NCBI RefSeq assembly: GCF_024256425.1
Contig: NC_071115.1
Location: 12,526,746-12,590,745 of the forward strand
Reading direction: 5' to 3'
Source of the DNA: Clarias gariepinus
Taxonomy: Eukaryota
Length of the DNA stretch: 64,000 bases
Each line of letters begins with the position of its first letter. The stretch's first letter is position 1. The notes beneath the pieces are model-generated. The model saw only the letters and a program-made list of their open reading frames with translations, had not been told where the DNA came from and did not search any database. The position numbers and the translations under genes are program-made. Of this stretch, positions 24,894-37,381 are shown piece by piece.

Positions 24894-25468
24894 ATTAATA
24901 CTAAGGAATACACAGTTTGCTGTTTTGTGCTATTGTAGCTGTAATATATAGGCTATAAAAGTAATAATACTTAAGAATAATGCATTAACACAAATCAGCC
25001 ATGACTAACACCATCGCCTGGTGAAATGAACAACACTGATTATCAATTATATACCAGGAAAAAAAAAAAATCAATGCTGGCTGTGATAGAAAGGCACCAC
25101 AACACCCAGTGAATCACAGCCTGCCATGTTCTGGGCCCAATAGGCAAACCGTTGAAGATTGTTGACCTGGCCTACAAATTCCAAAAAGGCCGATCCAAAG
25201 GGGCCCAAACCCAAAGAACTCATGGGTTTGCATCTTTTATCCTGGCGTCAGACATGACAGTACACCCCCATACTGGCCAGAGCTGCCAGAAAGGGGAACC
25301 AAAAAAGCTGGGTGGTTTTAAAAATATAAGTGATTGGTGTATATGGCCAACCAAGTTGAAAACACATTATTGTGACAAACTTCTAACCATACTTTGTCCA
25401 AAGACCCACTTGCATTCTAGTCTCCATTTCTTCAGCCTTGCTGGGAGCGAGAAGCAGCAAGATCTTAC

Positions 25469-25585
25469 CTGAGAGCTTCCAGCTCTAGCAGCTCCTTCCT
25501 GGCCCTCTCAGCATCCGCCTGGTCTGTGATCTTCTGCCTCTCCAGTTTGCCCCGTGCCTCCTGCTCCAGACGCTCCGCCTCATGC
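25469..25585 (-). CDS. mvp: mvp exon 14
   Basis: Reads (R)[38 protein letters not shown](S). Acceptor cactctcag|G, donor CTCAG|GTAAGA. Matches human [40 protein letters not shown]. Confidence 0.85.
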
Positions 25586-26108
25586 CTGAGAGTGTAATAC
25601 AGAGAGAAAGAGTGATTATTCATTATTCACCAAAAACAAATATGAACAAATTAATTCTAAGGGCAGATGCCCAGTGTAATGCATGGGTGAGGTGTTGTGC
25701 TTCCTGTCAACGTTAACATCAACAAAAATAGCCTGAGTCAGGTCAGAACTCGACATTAGCTCAGCAAAATAGCTGATTTTCCAATTGATTTCCTTTGAGA
25801 ATTTGGTATAATGCATTATTGTACCTTAACAATTCTCTTTGGATGCCCATCCCAACATTATCAAGCATGTGACCTATTTATTTATGTCAGTTAAAAAAAG
25901 CTGAAAAAAGGCATGCATGCCAGAACAGCACAGACTGCCAAGGTAGCATATTAATTTAGTTAAAAAATATTGGCAGGAGAACAGAACACCTGTGCAATGA
26001 CTGAAGTTTTCCATCAGCTGAATAACACAAAATCTGATCAGAACCTGAAGGACAACAGGGGATATCATAATGTCGTTCAGCAGTGAGAGGTGAGAGGTGT
26101 ATACTGAC

Positions 26109-26320
26109 CTAGCTGTGGCCTCCTGGGAGTTGGTGGTGATTTCAATGGCAAGCTGGACGCTTTTCTGCAGGGCGTCACGCGTGCGCTGGTCCACCGGCTC
26201 TACTGACTGAATGTCCACACTGCTGATCACCAACCCGTTCTGACTGAAGCGCAGATTCTGTCTTACTGCCAGCTTCTCGTCAAAGCCAAACACGGCTGAG
26301 CAGATAATCCGGTTCGAGTT
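26109..26320 (-). CDS. mvp: mvp exon 13
   Basis: Reads [70 protein letters not shown](R). Acceptor T22-cacgcctag|AAC, donor GCTAG|GTCAGT. Matches human NSARIIRTAVFGFE...[39 protein letters not shown]. Confidence 0.9.
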
Positions 26321-26514
26321 CTAGGCGTGCAAAAAAAAAAAAAAAAAAAAAGGCAAGAGAAGAAGTGAGTGTGTACCATGCATACTGTAGAACCTTTATG
26401 CATGCATGCTATGTTGATTGAAGGGACAGATGGAAAGAACACATGCTAGAATATCAATGGTGGCATTACGAAAGATTTCTATGTATATAATAAACGGAGC
26501 AGCTTTTAATTCAC

Positions 26515-26659
26515 CTTGTGGAAGTCATCAAACTGCACTGAAGCCACAGCTCCTCTGATCCTAGAGGCAATAGCTTTGCAGGCATCACCCACGAAGTCAG
26601 GCACTGAGAAGAGAGCTGCAGCTTGTGCAGGGTCTGACTGGTTCTTAATCTCGAAATGC
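26515..26659 (-). CDS. mvp: mvp exon 12
   Basis: Reads (W)[48 protein letters not shown]. Acceptor cttgttcag|G, donor CACAAG|GTGAAT. Matches human [48 protein letters not shown]. Confidence 0.9.
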
Positions 26660-27482
26660 CTGAACAAGTGCAGAGAAAATGAACAGTAATTCAAAAACAA
26701 TATTTTAGACAATACGTGCAGTTTTATAAATCCATCACTGTCATGACAATATAGAGACAAAATCAATTTGGCAAGCGTGATGGTTTTGAAAACAGTTTAG
26801 TTTTACAAAATTATTTTCTACATTCGAGAACAATACTGGACTTTTTCGATACTATAAAATAACACAAGGCATTAGGGAATTAATTAACAACAACAAGAGT
26901 AAGTTGTTATTTAAAAGGCAGAAAAGTCAGCTATTCTGGAACGGTTCTTGCAAGATGATGAAACTGGCTCTCATGAACCCCGTCCCAGGAAGACCAGACC
27001 AAAACTTACTTCTGCTGCACAGAAAAAGTTCATCGAGTGTTTCCTGCATCACAAGTCACCAATTAACAAACAACACCTCAGATTAGAACCGTTATCAATG
27101 CTTTACAGAGCTTACAGTAGGTAGAGAACACATCTCAATATCAGCTGTTTAAAAGAGATTATTGCATATTGTAAATGCCTTCAGTATTCTTTTATAGGAA
27201 TTAGAAGGTTTGACTGGTAGTGTTAGTTACAGTAATTATTACTGCAGGACAAGTGATGACTGTATAATGAGGACTCGCAGAGCTTCTTGGCAACACATTC
27301 ATTTTTGACTCCCTATAGGGCTTGTACTTGTTATTCTGGCTGTAATCTGTCTGCACGTCCTCTTATTAGACTCTTAGGACCCAAGAGTCCTGCTGTCATG
27401 CATTGCTTTTTACCCCACACTTGGATAAGTAGCATATTTTGTAATGCGTGATATTTTTTATACACAGATACATCCCGGGAAC

Positions 27483-27483
<1 letters not shown>

Positions 27484-27520
<37 letters not shown>
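27484..27520. repeat. Compound (GA)n(GACA)7 microsatellite 11 nt inside the mvp intron after the exon 11 donor
   Basis: gagagagagagagagacagacagacagacagacagacagaca. Confidence 0.95.
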
Positions 27521-27532
27521 TGCGCGCTTTAC

Positions 27533-27730
27533 CAGTTGTAGGCGAGCTGGAGCTGCAGACGGGCATGATCAGCGGTTTCTATGGTGATGATGTCAGTGCA
27601 GAAATCAGGGCCGAGGAGCAGGCAGATGGCTTTAATGACGTTGGCTCGCTTGGGTTTCTCTCCAGATAGAGAGAGTACTGTGAACTGCTCATCAGGGCCT
27701 AGCATCACCATATCAGGTCCAAACACCACC
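27533..27730 (-). CDS. mvp: mvp exon 11
   Basis: Reads (R)[65 protein letters not shown](W). Acceptor ctctcag|G, donor AACTG|GTAAAG. Matches human [66 protein letters not shown]. Confidence 0.9.
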
Positions 27731-28562
27731 CTGAGAGAGAAGGCACAAGATTCTTAAAAACAGCTTTAATGCAAATATTGCCATCGAAGAGAGGAAAAGG
27801 TAGTGGTTGAAATTTAGTTCAAAAATAATTTGAATATTTAGTGACCAAGTGGATTAATAAATTTATTGATCTTGAGTAGGTGCTTTATCTATCCTGGGAA
27901 CACTGGGTGCAAGGTGGGAATGAGATGCTGTGGCAGTTCAATACAGCAGACCATGCACACACTACGCATGTCATAGAATAATGGATACATAACATTTTTA
28001 ATAATGTGTTCTTCTTAAACATTAGATAAGCAAACATTAATAAAAAAAAACCTTCCTGAATAACAGGCAAGTACAGATTCCAAAATGTCCTGTTAGTTTT
28101 TTTTTCTTGTTTATAGCGCCACACAGTCACCATTCACTTTATTAGAAACACCTGTACACATGCACATTCATGCAGTTATCTAATGAGCAAATCATATATA
28201 ATTATATAAAGCAAATTATGTGGCAGAAGAGCAACACAAACCATCATGCATATACAGTAAACATGCAAGTGCTTGTGTGATCTCTGTGATCTTGACATAG
28301 AATGGTCAAATGGGGTAAAAAAGCCGTGTTGATGAGAGAGGGGAAGTCTGTAGAAATTCACAAGCATGCTGAGCGGTAATGCGTCTCAGAACACACAACA
28401 AAGCCAACCTTGAGGTGGATGGGCTACAACAGAAGGTCACATTCAACAACGCATTTCCGTCCACAGAGCTGTTGCTCGCTCAAAGTTTGGTGCAACTTGA
28501 GATTGGCGAGGAGTTTTAGAAATACCTTAACCTGATATTCTTATACAATTACCCATACCATA

Positions 28563-29282
28563 ATAAAATTCACAGAGCCCACACTAAAGCCCAATCCCAA
28601 ATCTACCCCTTACCCCTACCCCTCTGTTTGACGCGTTAACGTGAAGGGGTAGGGGTGTCTCATTTCTCTTTTGGTTGGAGGGGTAGGGGTAAGGGGAAGG
28701 GCCTGATAGCCCTCCAAACGAAGATTTTTCGGGACCTCACTTCAAACGAAGGGCTAACGAAATTTTCAAGATGGCCGCTCACTCGAGCTAGCAGACCCAT
28801 AAATTTAACGAATTTTTGCCATTAATAAGGATTTTTATGACAAGTTTTTATTATATGTATATTAATTTTAGTCTTGTGTTTATGGTGATGTTTTGTAAAA
28901 AAACGTTTGCAAAAAAAACGCTAAAGTTTGCTAGCGGATAGCGCCGATTGCGCAATATTACAAAAATATATTTTTATGTCATATACACTTTACTGCATGC
29001 TACAAACAAATATAAAAGTTCAGTAGCACGGCAGTTTGCCGAGCTTTTGATAACGCATTGTTTGTTTTGCTTACGGCCATACTGTATGTGTACATGTAAA
29101 TGAACGGATACGTATGATGACGTATAACAGTGTTGTAGTGGTGTCCCATTTCTTAGGGGAAATATTTTAACCCTTCCCCTTTCCACTTCGTTTCAAGGGA
29201 CAAGGGGAAGGGGCGAGGGGTAGGGGAAGGGGTAGAAAATAGAATTGGGATTGGGCTTTAGTGTTCATTCTGAATTTTATGC
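28563..29282. mobile_element. MITE-like element with long (about 100-190 bp) G-tract-rich terminal inverted repeats, in mvp intron 10
   Basis: Left end ataaaattcacagagcccacactaaagcccaatcccaaatctaccccttacccctacccc... Right end ...ggggtaggggaaggggtagaaaatagaattgggattgggctttagtgttcattctgaattttat. The ends are reverse complements. Subterminal ccaaacgaag / cttcgtttcaagg are also inverted. Confidence 0.6.
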
Positions 29283-29407
29283 GGATATTAAGTGTGGGAA
29301 TTCTTTTGCATGTGATTAACTGCAATGAGCAGAAGCACAGGTGTTCCTAATGAAGTGGACGGTGACGATACATGTTGCTCTTACTGTGGAAACACATCTT
29401 TTGTTAC

Positions 29408-29643
29408 CTGGCTTTCTTCTCTCTGTAGTCATACACCTGCACTGCAGCATTATGGGGCACACGGTAGGACACCACCCTGGTTTTGTCCCTGTCTTCAGCA
29501 GCGGCCTGTTGGCTACGGTCAGAGCGGCCGGCTAGAGGGTCACGCATACTGCTCAGCAGCTTCTCCACATTAGCAGGGAGTTCCTTTTCCCACAACTCCT
29601 CGTCGTGCGTCAGCATGTATGTGCGGCCAATCACAGCGCGTAC
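29408..29643 (-). CDS. mvp: mvp exon 10
   Basis: Reads [78 protein letters not shown](R). Acceptor ctgggcag|GTA, donor GCCAG|GTAACA. Matches human [23 protein letters not shown]...[25 protein letters not shown]. Confidence 0.9.
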
Positions 29644-30201
29644 CTGCCCAGAGCAACGAGGAGTACAAGAGACAAATATTTACATAAAGCTTTACATAGC
29701 TTCAGGTCTGTTTGCATGTTTTTCTAGCAGAACTCAGCGTGGCGGAGGGTGCAGTCACTTGCTAGTGCAATACTATAGGCAAGCTGATCAAGTAACACCT
29801 GTTATTATGCAGGCTTCCACTGCATTAAGAATTTACAGCTGGAGGTCCACCTGCTTTGTTACTTAATATACAGTAACTCCTTATTGAAGACTCAGCCTTT
29901 TGGGACATTAAATATGAGTTACGATTGTTTAAAGCTTGCTGTTGCTTCATTTATTCATGAGAGACTATAGACACGATCGTGACCTTCCATCCTCTGTAGA
30001 ATGGGATTATATGTTTTAGAAATGCAGGGTGGATCTGACTTTTCTCTGGACATTTCACAAGCCAGATTTCATAAGCCGTCTGTGGGTGTGGACTCGTGAT
30101 CCTACAACAGAAGCATTTCAAGGTCTAAGACTCCTACGCACATTCTCTCCTCCTTGTATGAATTGTGTTTATGAAGAGTATTAAACAAAAAAACTATTGA
30201 C

Positions 30202-30402
30202 CTTGCCAGTCTTGATGTCGCGCACATATATTCCTTCATTCTCATCCAGCGGAATAGCCTGGCGTCGCAGCATGACCTCTACAGTGGCAGGCGGCACGTA
30301 CTCGATTGGCCCACGCAGCATCCAGCGGTCTCCCGGGCGTCTCGGTACACCCTTCTTTTTGGATTTTCCAGCTAGCTCCTCTTCCTCGCCTTCTTCCTCT
30401 TG
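30202..30402 (-). CDS. mvp: mvp exon 9 (acidic linker plus repeat)
   Basis: 67 codons: [67 protein letters not shown]. Acceptor ctgcatcag|CAA. The donor AAG|GTCAAT is weak, but the next exon starts with the expected V. Matches human EEGEDEEK...[43 protein letters not shown]. Confidence 0.8.
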
Positions 30403-31075
30403 CTGATGCAGAGACAGGGGGAGAGAGGGGGTAAGACAGAGAGAAGGAAAGAAAAGGGGGCAAATGCAACGGCTGGAGATGGGAGGAGATATACATGGCT
30501 GCGTGTGAACCAAGCACCGAGTGTGTGTGTAGGGCTGTATGTGCATGGTAATGTGTACGTTTGTGTAAAAAAGCAATGTGAGAGACAAATAATTATAATA
30601 ATAATAATAATAATTAAACGTAAAGCAAATTTTATAAGAATTGAAAAGTAAAATCATTGGGAAAGAGGATTTGATATTTAATCAAAAAAAGGGGAAGAAA
30701 GACAAAGATGATGGTTAATTAATGAATCCCCTGATCACCAAACTATTTCTTTATTCTTAATCAGCATCCAATATTTTATATACATACACAATAGTTTATG
30801 CATGTACACACACATATATACACACACACACACACACTGTGTATATATATATTTTAAAAAATTCACAACGCTCCCTTCTTATACGCTGCATATTTTAAAG
30901 GGCGTGTAGTGTGCATATGAGGTGTTGGCTAATCTGACAGTTTAAACACACCAGCAGGATTCTGGCTAAACGAGTAGTGCGTGCATTTAAGCACGAAAAG
31001 AATTTAATGGTCTATTTATCTTCATGCCAACTTTTCCTCTCTTTACTTTTCAATGCTCATACTGCTCTGTCTCAC

Positions 31076-31201
31076 CGCCTCTGTATCATTGAAGGCCTCC
31101 ACTGCACGCAGCACCAGTCCCTCCTCCTCAGACAGCACATAGACATCCTGGATACCGTTCTCCAGGCGCTCTCCGGGCTGCAGGAAGAATGAGCGCTCGC
31201 C
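31076..31201 (-). CDS. mvp: mvp exon 8
   Basis: 42 codons: [42 protein letters not shown]. Acceptor tctcttag|GGC, donor GAGGCG|GTGAGA. Matches human [34 protein letters not shown]. Confidence 0.85.
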
Positions 31202-31486
31202 CTAAGAGACAGAGAGGGATATACATATTTTATATCACTGGCATACAGTATTTTCAACTTTTCAGTGCTTAGCAAGAGCAACGAGTGTGGCTTGTGGACG
31301 AAACACAAGAGGAAGAACCAGGTTTAACCAAGTTGAATATCTGTGTGAAAATTGCATTTCTAATCTTGACAAATTGGCAATATTTTATTCTATTCTAAAA
31401 TTAAACTTGACCCATGTAGCTCATAATATTGCAGTTTTGTGTTCCTAATTCGGCCAGTTAAGAGGTCTGCGTATAAGAAAAACTAC

Positions 31487-31723
31487 CTTCACCACTCTCT
31501 TCTGTCCAAGCTGGGGCTTTCCATCAGGCCCGACTGGGTCCAAGATCACACAGTACTCCCTGCTGCTCAGCGTGGTCACATCCACAACCCCGACAACTTC
31601 CTCAGCCACAGAGGGGATGTGCGCTTCTCTGTCCGCCACCGTCACCAGCCACTCCTCTCCTGTCCTTCTGTCTCGCCCTCCTGCATCCCGGAATGGACGC
31701 AGAGCACGAACGTGCAGTGCACG
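31487..31723 (-). CDS. mvp: mvp exon 7
   Basis: 79 codons: [79 protein letters not shown]. Acceptor ttttatcccgtcag|CGT, donor GTGAAG|GTAGTT. Close match to human MVP. Confidence 0.9.
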
Positions 31724-31889
31724 CTGACGGGATAAAAGCATTAATGGATTCAAACTTAACGCAATAACAAAAGATCCTCTGAGTAAGCCCTTTTTTTTGG
31801 GAGGGGGAGATATTTTCATAAACGTCATGCATCTGCTCTATGCTACAGTATGCACATTTACAAAATTGGTTATGAAGAAAAGCTGTTAC

Positions 31890-31984
31890 CTTATCAGTGA
31901 GGATGAATGCATTCACAATATCGATGACCTCCTCATGCGCTCCAGGAAGGTATGCTCCAACCTTACTGACCTGCCACTCCTCAC
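31890..31984 (-). CDS. mvp: mvp exon 6
   Basis: Reads (G)[31 protein letters not shown]. Acceptor gcgtcag|GT, donor GATAAG|GTAACA. Matches human [32 protein letters not shown]. Confidence 0.9.
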
Positions 31985-32340
31985 CTGACGCACACAAACA
32001 CATCCACAATCACATGCTAATGTAATCAGCTTGCCAATTATCTTTGCATTATTTAAGCACAATAGGTTCACATTAATAGTGTGTAGAAAATGTGATTCTC
32101 AGGTATTTGTTGAAAAGCCTTGTACCAGCAAAGTATCCAAGTGTCTGCTGTGAACTTTGCTATTTTGCATAACTATTTTGCATGTTATGAGGGGCGTTCA
32201 AGTCAAACTGGGACTACTGTGAATGAAGGAGTAGAACCAATTCTTAGACTTTGCTTTGCCGTAGTAAACATTCAAATGGTGCTCTGGGATAAGTGCATTA
32301 TTTAACATTTTTTTTTTAGAAAAAAAAAAAAAAAAAAAAA

Positions 32341-32785
32341 CGGTTTTCTCCGAGTGGTGCAGTGGTAAAGTGCTCGCCCTATCATCTGGCAATCGCTGGT
32401 TCGATTTCCAGATGATGCTGTAACCTCTCGCAGCCGGAGGTCTAGAGAGAGCTGATTGGCTGAGCTCTCTCAGAGGGGAGGGATGAGAGGTACTTTGTGC
32501 TCCCACATTAATCACAGCTGTACAGCCAATCACGGGCGTCTGTGAGCTCACACAAGCAGAAGGAGTGGATAGTGCTGTCCTTGTAGTGTGTTACGCCGCT
32601 CCTAACGGTGAGTGAGCAAGCAGTTCGAAAAGATGTGACGTCATGTGGTTCGGAGGAAACATGTGATAGTCTTCGGCCCTCCCGACTGAGTGGTACTAGT
32701 AGCCTTAATATGGGAGTCCCCTCGTGATGGGGAGGAATTGAACACAACCAAACCAGGGAGAAAAATAAAAAATAAAAATAAAACA
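32341..32785 (+). mobile_element. Different tRNA-derived SINE with A-rich tail, in mvp intron 5
   Basis: Head gagtggtgcagtggtaaagtgctcgccct..ggttcgatttcc. Tail aaaaataaaaaataaaaataaaa. Preceded by T9/A22 homopolymers. Confidence 0.55.
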
Positions 32786-32947
32786 GTTTTCTAGCATCTT
32801 TTGCACGAAAATGGACTATCCCGGTTTGATTTGAACGCCAGTCATGTATTCCTGGGACAACAATGTAATGGTATTGATTGATAACTTAGGTGTTTGAGGA
32901 AAAACTGTTTTTTACATGTGTGTGACACGTGTCGTGTATATGCTAAC

Positions 32948-33079
32948 CGGTCACTCTTCGAACTCCGCTGCGATCAACGCCCTCTTTACGAGCACGAAGG
33001 CGAATGGCCTGGTTTTCCCGAATCACTGTGGCTTTGATGGTCTCCAGGACAGCCACCTCCTTCTTGGGGATGTATGTTC
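32948..33079 (-). CDS. mvp: mvp exon 5
   Basis: Reads (G)[43 protein letters not shown](G). Acceptor ccttcag|GA, donor ACCG|GTTAGC. Matches human [33 protein letters not shown]...RVTG. Confidence 0.9.
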
Positions 33080-33299
33080 CTGAAGGAGGTCAGAGACTAT
33101 GGGTTAGCCAGGCGTAGGTGATGCGGTGGAAATATATAAAAATATACAAGATTTAGATAAATAATCCACGAACAATATCAGCACAGAATCTAGCTTTGCT
33201 AGTTAACATCATAATACAGTCATATATTTAAAAGTGAATTGTTAAAATATGGAGAATGCTGGTTTTAGTTTGAGGAGGAGTAAAAGAAAGTTAAGCTAC

Positions 33300-33423
33300 C
33301 TGGCCCCTCAAACAGCCACTCATCTCCAGCCACTCTCTTCTCTCCATTATCCTCTTCGAAGTCAAGAAGAGCCTGCAGCCTGAGTGCCGTGTCAGGATAC
33401 ACGATCTGCAGTGGGGTCACTTC
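33300..33423 (-). CDS. mvp: mvp exon 4
   Basis: Reads [41 protein letters not shown](G). Acceptor tattag|GAAGTG, donor CCAG|GTAGC. Matches human [42 protein letters not shown]. Confidence 0.9.
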
Positions 33424-33578
33424 CTAATACGCAGAAAAGGTTATAGGTTAGTAAATATATATTTATGAAGTCCTTTAGGAAAAGCAGTTAGAGGTCACCT
33501 GATTAAAAGACGCTTCTTGTATAAACTCTATAATATAATACAAAATTGAAAGGGATGAAGTGAGATCAAACAGCCCAC

Positions 33579-33774
33579 CTTCTGGATCTCTTCTCCAGGG
33601 TAGAGAGGAAAAGGATCTTGGGTCAGACGGATCTCCAGGTCTGCATGGCGGAGCTTAGCCTGGCCTGAGGTGTCAAACTGGACCTCTCCCTCATCATCAC
33701 GAGCCACCGGGTTCAAAATCACACAGTAATGGCGAGGGGGCACCATGAGCATACGAGTCGGGGAGAAGAGAACC
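33579..33774 (-). CDS. mvp: mvp exon 3
   Basis: Reads (R)[65 protein letters not shown]. Acceptor ttctcag|G, donor CAGAAG|GTGGGC; the phase fits exon 2. Matches MVP repeat 1-2. Confidence 0.9.
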
Positions 33775-34509
33775 CTGAGAAAAGGTGCAAGATGTAGAAG
33801 AGTAAATGAAATACAAGTGCAGATATCATGGCACACTTCAAGATGGGCACAATCCATCCATCTAGGAACCTCTATAATAAAACTGGGGACTGTGGAGGCC
33901 AATAGTGATTACCGTGTGTATACTGTGTGTGTATACAAGTCAATGATTAAGTCAATTAACCTGTCCAACAGGTCTTCGGACTAAAGAAAGAAAATACAAC
34001 TGTAAGGTTTCTGATGTTGTGCAAGCTTTCCCATGTCTCCATGTCCATGAAACATCCTCCTTCACTTCCTCATTTTATATATGGCAATACCTACTATAGC
34101 CTGTGTCTGGATGAACTCATGCAAAGTGCTCGCTGGAACCCTTTTGTTTAACCGAAATAGGCAAATGTGCATCCCATAGTCGGTCTGTCTCTCGGTCTCT
34201 ATATGACCTGCATGTTAATGCAGCAAAAAACAAACAAAACAGGATGTATGTGACAGAGGGCACATGGTCATGCATGTGTCCCTCTCTTCTCGATCAGGGT
34301 CTAGGAATAGTTGAAACAAGGCAGAATTCATACTGAATGGGCTGCGATCAAAAGACATCTTGATTAGAGGACACCAATCACACACTCATTCACGCCTTAG
34401 AGGCAACTGAGTGTAGGCAAATTCACCTACCTGCTGGGTTACCTTTTTTTCCTGGAATAATTGATATAAATAAAAAGACGATGCACACTGGCTTCATGTT
34501 GCCCTACAT

Positions 34510-34750
34510 GTCTAGGGTTATGGGTTTGATTAATTTCTCAGGTCGGTGTGCATGGAGTTGGTCTGTTCCCCTCTGGCTTGGTGGGTTTCCTCTGGGTACT
34601 CTTGTTTCTTTCAGTCCAAATATGTACTGTATAAGCTGACCGGTGTTTCCAAATTGCACAAGTGGGTATGCTTGCACTTTGCGATGAGTTAGTACCACAT
34701 CCAGAGTGTACCCTACCATGTGCACCAAGTTCCCTGGGACAAATTCTACG
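34510..34750 (+). mobile_element. SINE copy (5' truncated)
   Basis: ggttatgggtttgat..gtgcatggagttggtctgttcccctctggcttggtgggtttcctctgggtac...cagagtgtaccctaccatgtgc. Confidence 0.6.
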
Positions 34751-36740
34751 CACACATGTACTTACACAGGATAAGCAGTATAGACAATATATGGATAGGA
34801 TACAAAAGAGAGCAACCCAACCTCCTTGGAGCATGAAACAATAGGCCCACAGTTATACCCACTCTGCCACCACGCCACCCCTGGAAACCTTCTGTTTGTT
34901 GGAAATCTGACCCCAGCCAACAAGCCTACACATGTTATTCCAAACAATGGTTTTGGCCTGGCTTAGAAAGATCAAATTTAGAAAAGGAGAATATTTTTCA
35001 AGCAGTAAGATCACCTCCTCTTAACAGAAACATTAAAGTATCCTTTACACAAAAAGGATTATTATTTTATTCTTATTATTGTCCACAATTTTCATTTTCC
35101 TCATCAGTTCCTAATTTTGGTCATACTGCTTAACAAAATCCTCAGATTTCCACCCATGGAGAAGAGATCACAGATGCCCATGAGAAGCTATGGTCACTGA
35201 CTGGGTAAAGAGAGTATGCTAAGCATCTCTACAGATAACATGATCACCTTTGCTCCGTAAACCTTTGGTGCATGTTAAAAATTCACAACTGAGATCTCTC
35301 AATGATAAAGCGGACACTTTCCTGTACGGCTGTACAAACTCCTCTTTAAGAGAACATCAACAGGTGTTCTTACAGGTGCAGCATTGAATGTTTGTTAATA
35401 GACAAGTATTAATCACAGAATACAAGACACTATGATTTTATTATGCACATATCTGATTTGTTTCTTTAGTTTAGGCCTCAATTTTAGATTTTTCTGACAT
35501 GTGGTTTAGCTTTGTCCTTGGCTCAAACTCCTAAAGAAAAGAGGCTCAGCTTTGTCGATTTTCCTTAAAAAGCAGATCTAGTTTAAAAAAAGGTTTGGGG
35601 CTTTTGGAGAGAAGAGAATGGATCTTTTAATTGCAGTGTAATTGACCTTGCCAGCAGTAAAGGACTTTAAAAATGATCAACAGCTTCTTTAATAGCGATA
35701 TTTAAATCATTGTATGACCTCAATGAATAGATTGTGACTATGTACCTTGTATGATCATAACAGATCATGTTTCTCTCTTTTTAGTGAAGATATAGCTGAG
35801 AGATATCAGTAAATCCTAACAACTATTTTCTTAAAAAACTGCACAAATCAGTGTCTAAAACTCCTGATTTTAAGCATGAGTTTTATTACTCTTTATAGAA
35901 GTTTCTTTTATGCAGAAATGTTTTTAAAAGCATCTTTTGCTTATGCCATATTTTTATATGTGCCCAAGACTTTTCCACAGTACTATAAGTAAAATAGTTG
36001 TTAGGTTTTACTGAGCATGCTGGAGAATATGAGTTCTTCTGGTAACCTTGTCACACTCGCTTCTTTCTATTTTTATGCAAATCCCAGGAGCGTGCATTAG
36101 GTTTTTTGTTTTCTGAAAACTGGTCTGTCTTGTACCATATTTTTTTTCTTTACCACCATACATATGTTCTCCTGTAATGGCAATGTGTATAACAAAATTA
36201 GTATTGGCGACCGCACGAAACCGTGTAGGTGTGATAGGGGTATTAAAAATTGAGGGGATTGCTTTGTTAAGTTGCACAGCATCCTGTGTGGTAAGCAGAT
36301 TGTGCTTAGGTACTTTTCATGCATCTTTACTTGAATGATTTCTATATTTATTACTTTTACTCACTGTATTTATGCTGAAAAACTTCATACATGAAGTAAA
36401 TATACAATCTGCACTGTTTTTCTAACCTAACCGTAATCATTTACGTTATCAACTTACACCATATCAAAACAGACAATTCCACAAGTCCAAGTGGTCCAAG
36501 TTTACAGGAATTTATGTTATGAGGTTATGAAGGCGCAGCTTGATTACTTAAGCAGTGGGTCGCACCCACTTGGTCTGCGGATTCTCCTGACTTTCTGACT
36601 TAATCCTGTCAGAGTATGATTAGAAGTGATCTAATCGTACTAATCTACTCATACTTAAGAACTAAAAGAAAGTCTGCAGATGGTATGATTAGATTAGTAC
36701 AATTAGATCACATCTTGACACTCATTTCATATTTTCATAT

Positions 36741-37261
36741 TCAGTGTTGGGGACCATTACTTTTTAAAGTAACTAATTACATTACAAAATACTATCTTTA
36801 AAAAGTAGTCAGTTACATTACAGCATTACTTTCTGATAAAAGTAACTAGTTAGGAGTACTTTTTCATTGCAGAAAACCAAAACTCCTTTGTGGTTCCTCA
36901 TGCATGTTGTTTTAGTCAAGCCCTTTATAATTATACTAATAACTACTAATACCCCTATCCCCAGTTTCGCGCGGTGGCCGTAAGTACGGTCCATCATGAT
37001 TTACTGCGGGATAGGGGTACAATAGCAGGAATAACGGGCGGGTTATTGGGGGCAAAACTTGTAGAACGACTTTCACAAACACACACAATAACGGATTGGA
37101 AATGACTGCTGTCTGGCTCATGGACTGCATAAATTGTCGGAATAACGGATTACATTTTTAAAAAAAGTAACTAAATACTTAAATGGTGGACATAATGCAT
37201 TAGATTACCCGTTACCTCAAAAAAGTAATCCAAGTACTCTAATGCGTTACACCCAACACTG
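36741..37261. mobile_element. Non-autonomous hAT-like DNA transposon in mvp intron 2
   Basis: Terminal inverted repeats CAGTGTTGGGGACCATTACTT... and ...GCGTTACACCCAACACTG. Internal subterminal repeats gtaactaa/gtaatcc. Flanks ttcatatt / tccatata resemble a decayed 8-bp TSD. Confidence 0.55.
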
Positions 37262-37381
37262 TCCATATACTGCTTTTAATTCCATGATTGATAAATATGC
37301 TTTTTTTTTTGGCTGTACTTAGGTAGCAGCATGATATTGTATTGGGTTGTCCCTGGTAATTCACATCCCTAGAGTGGTTAC

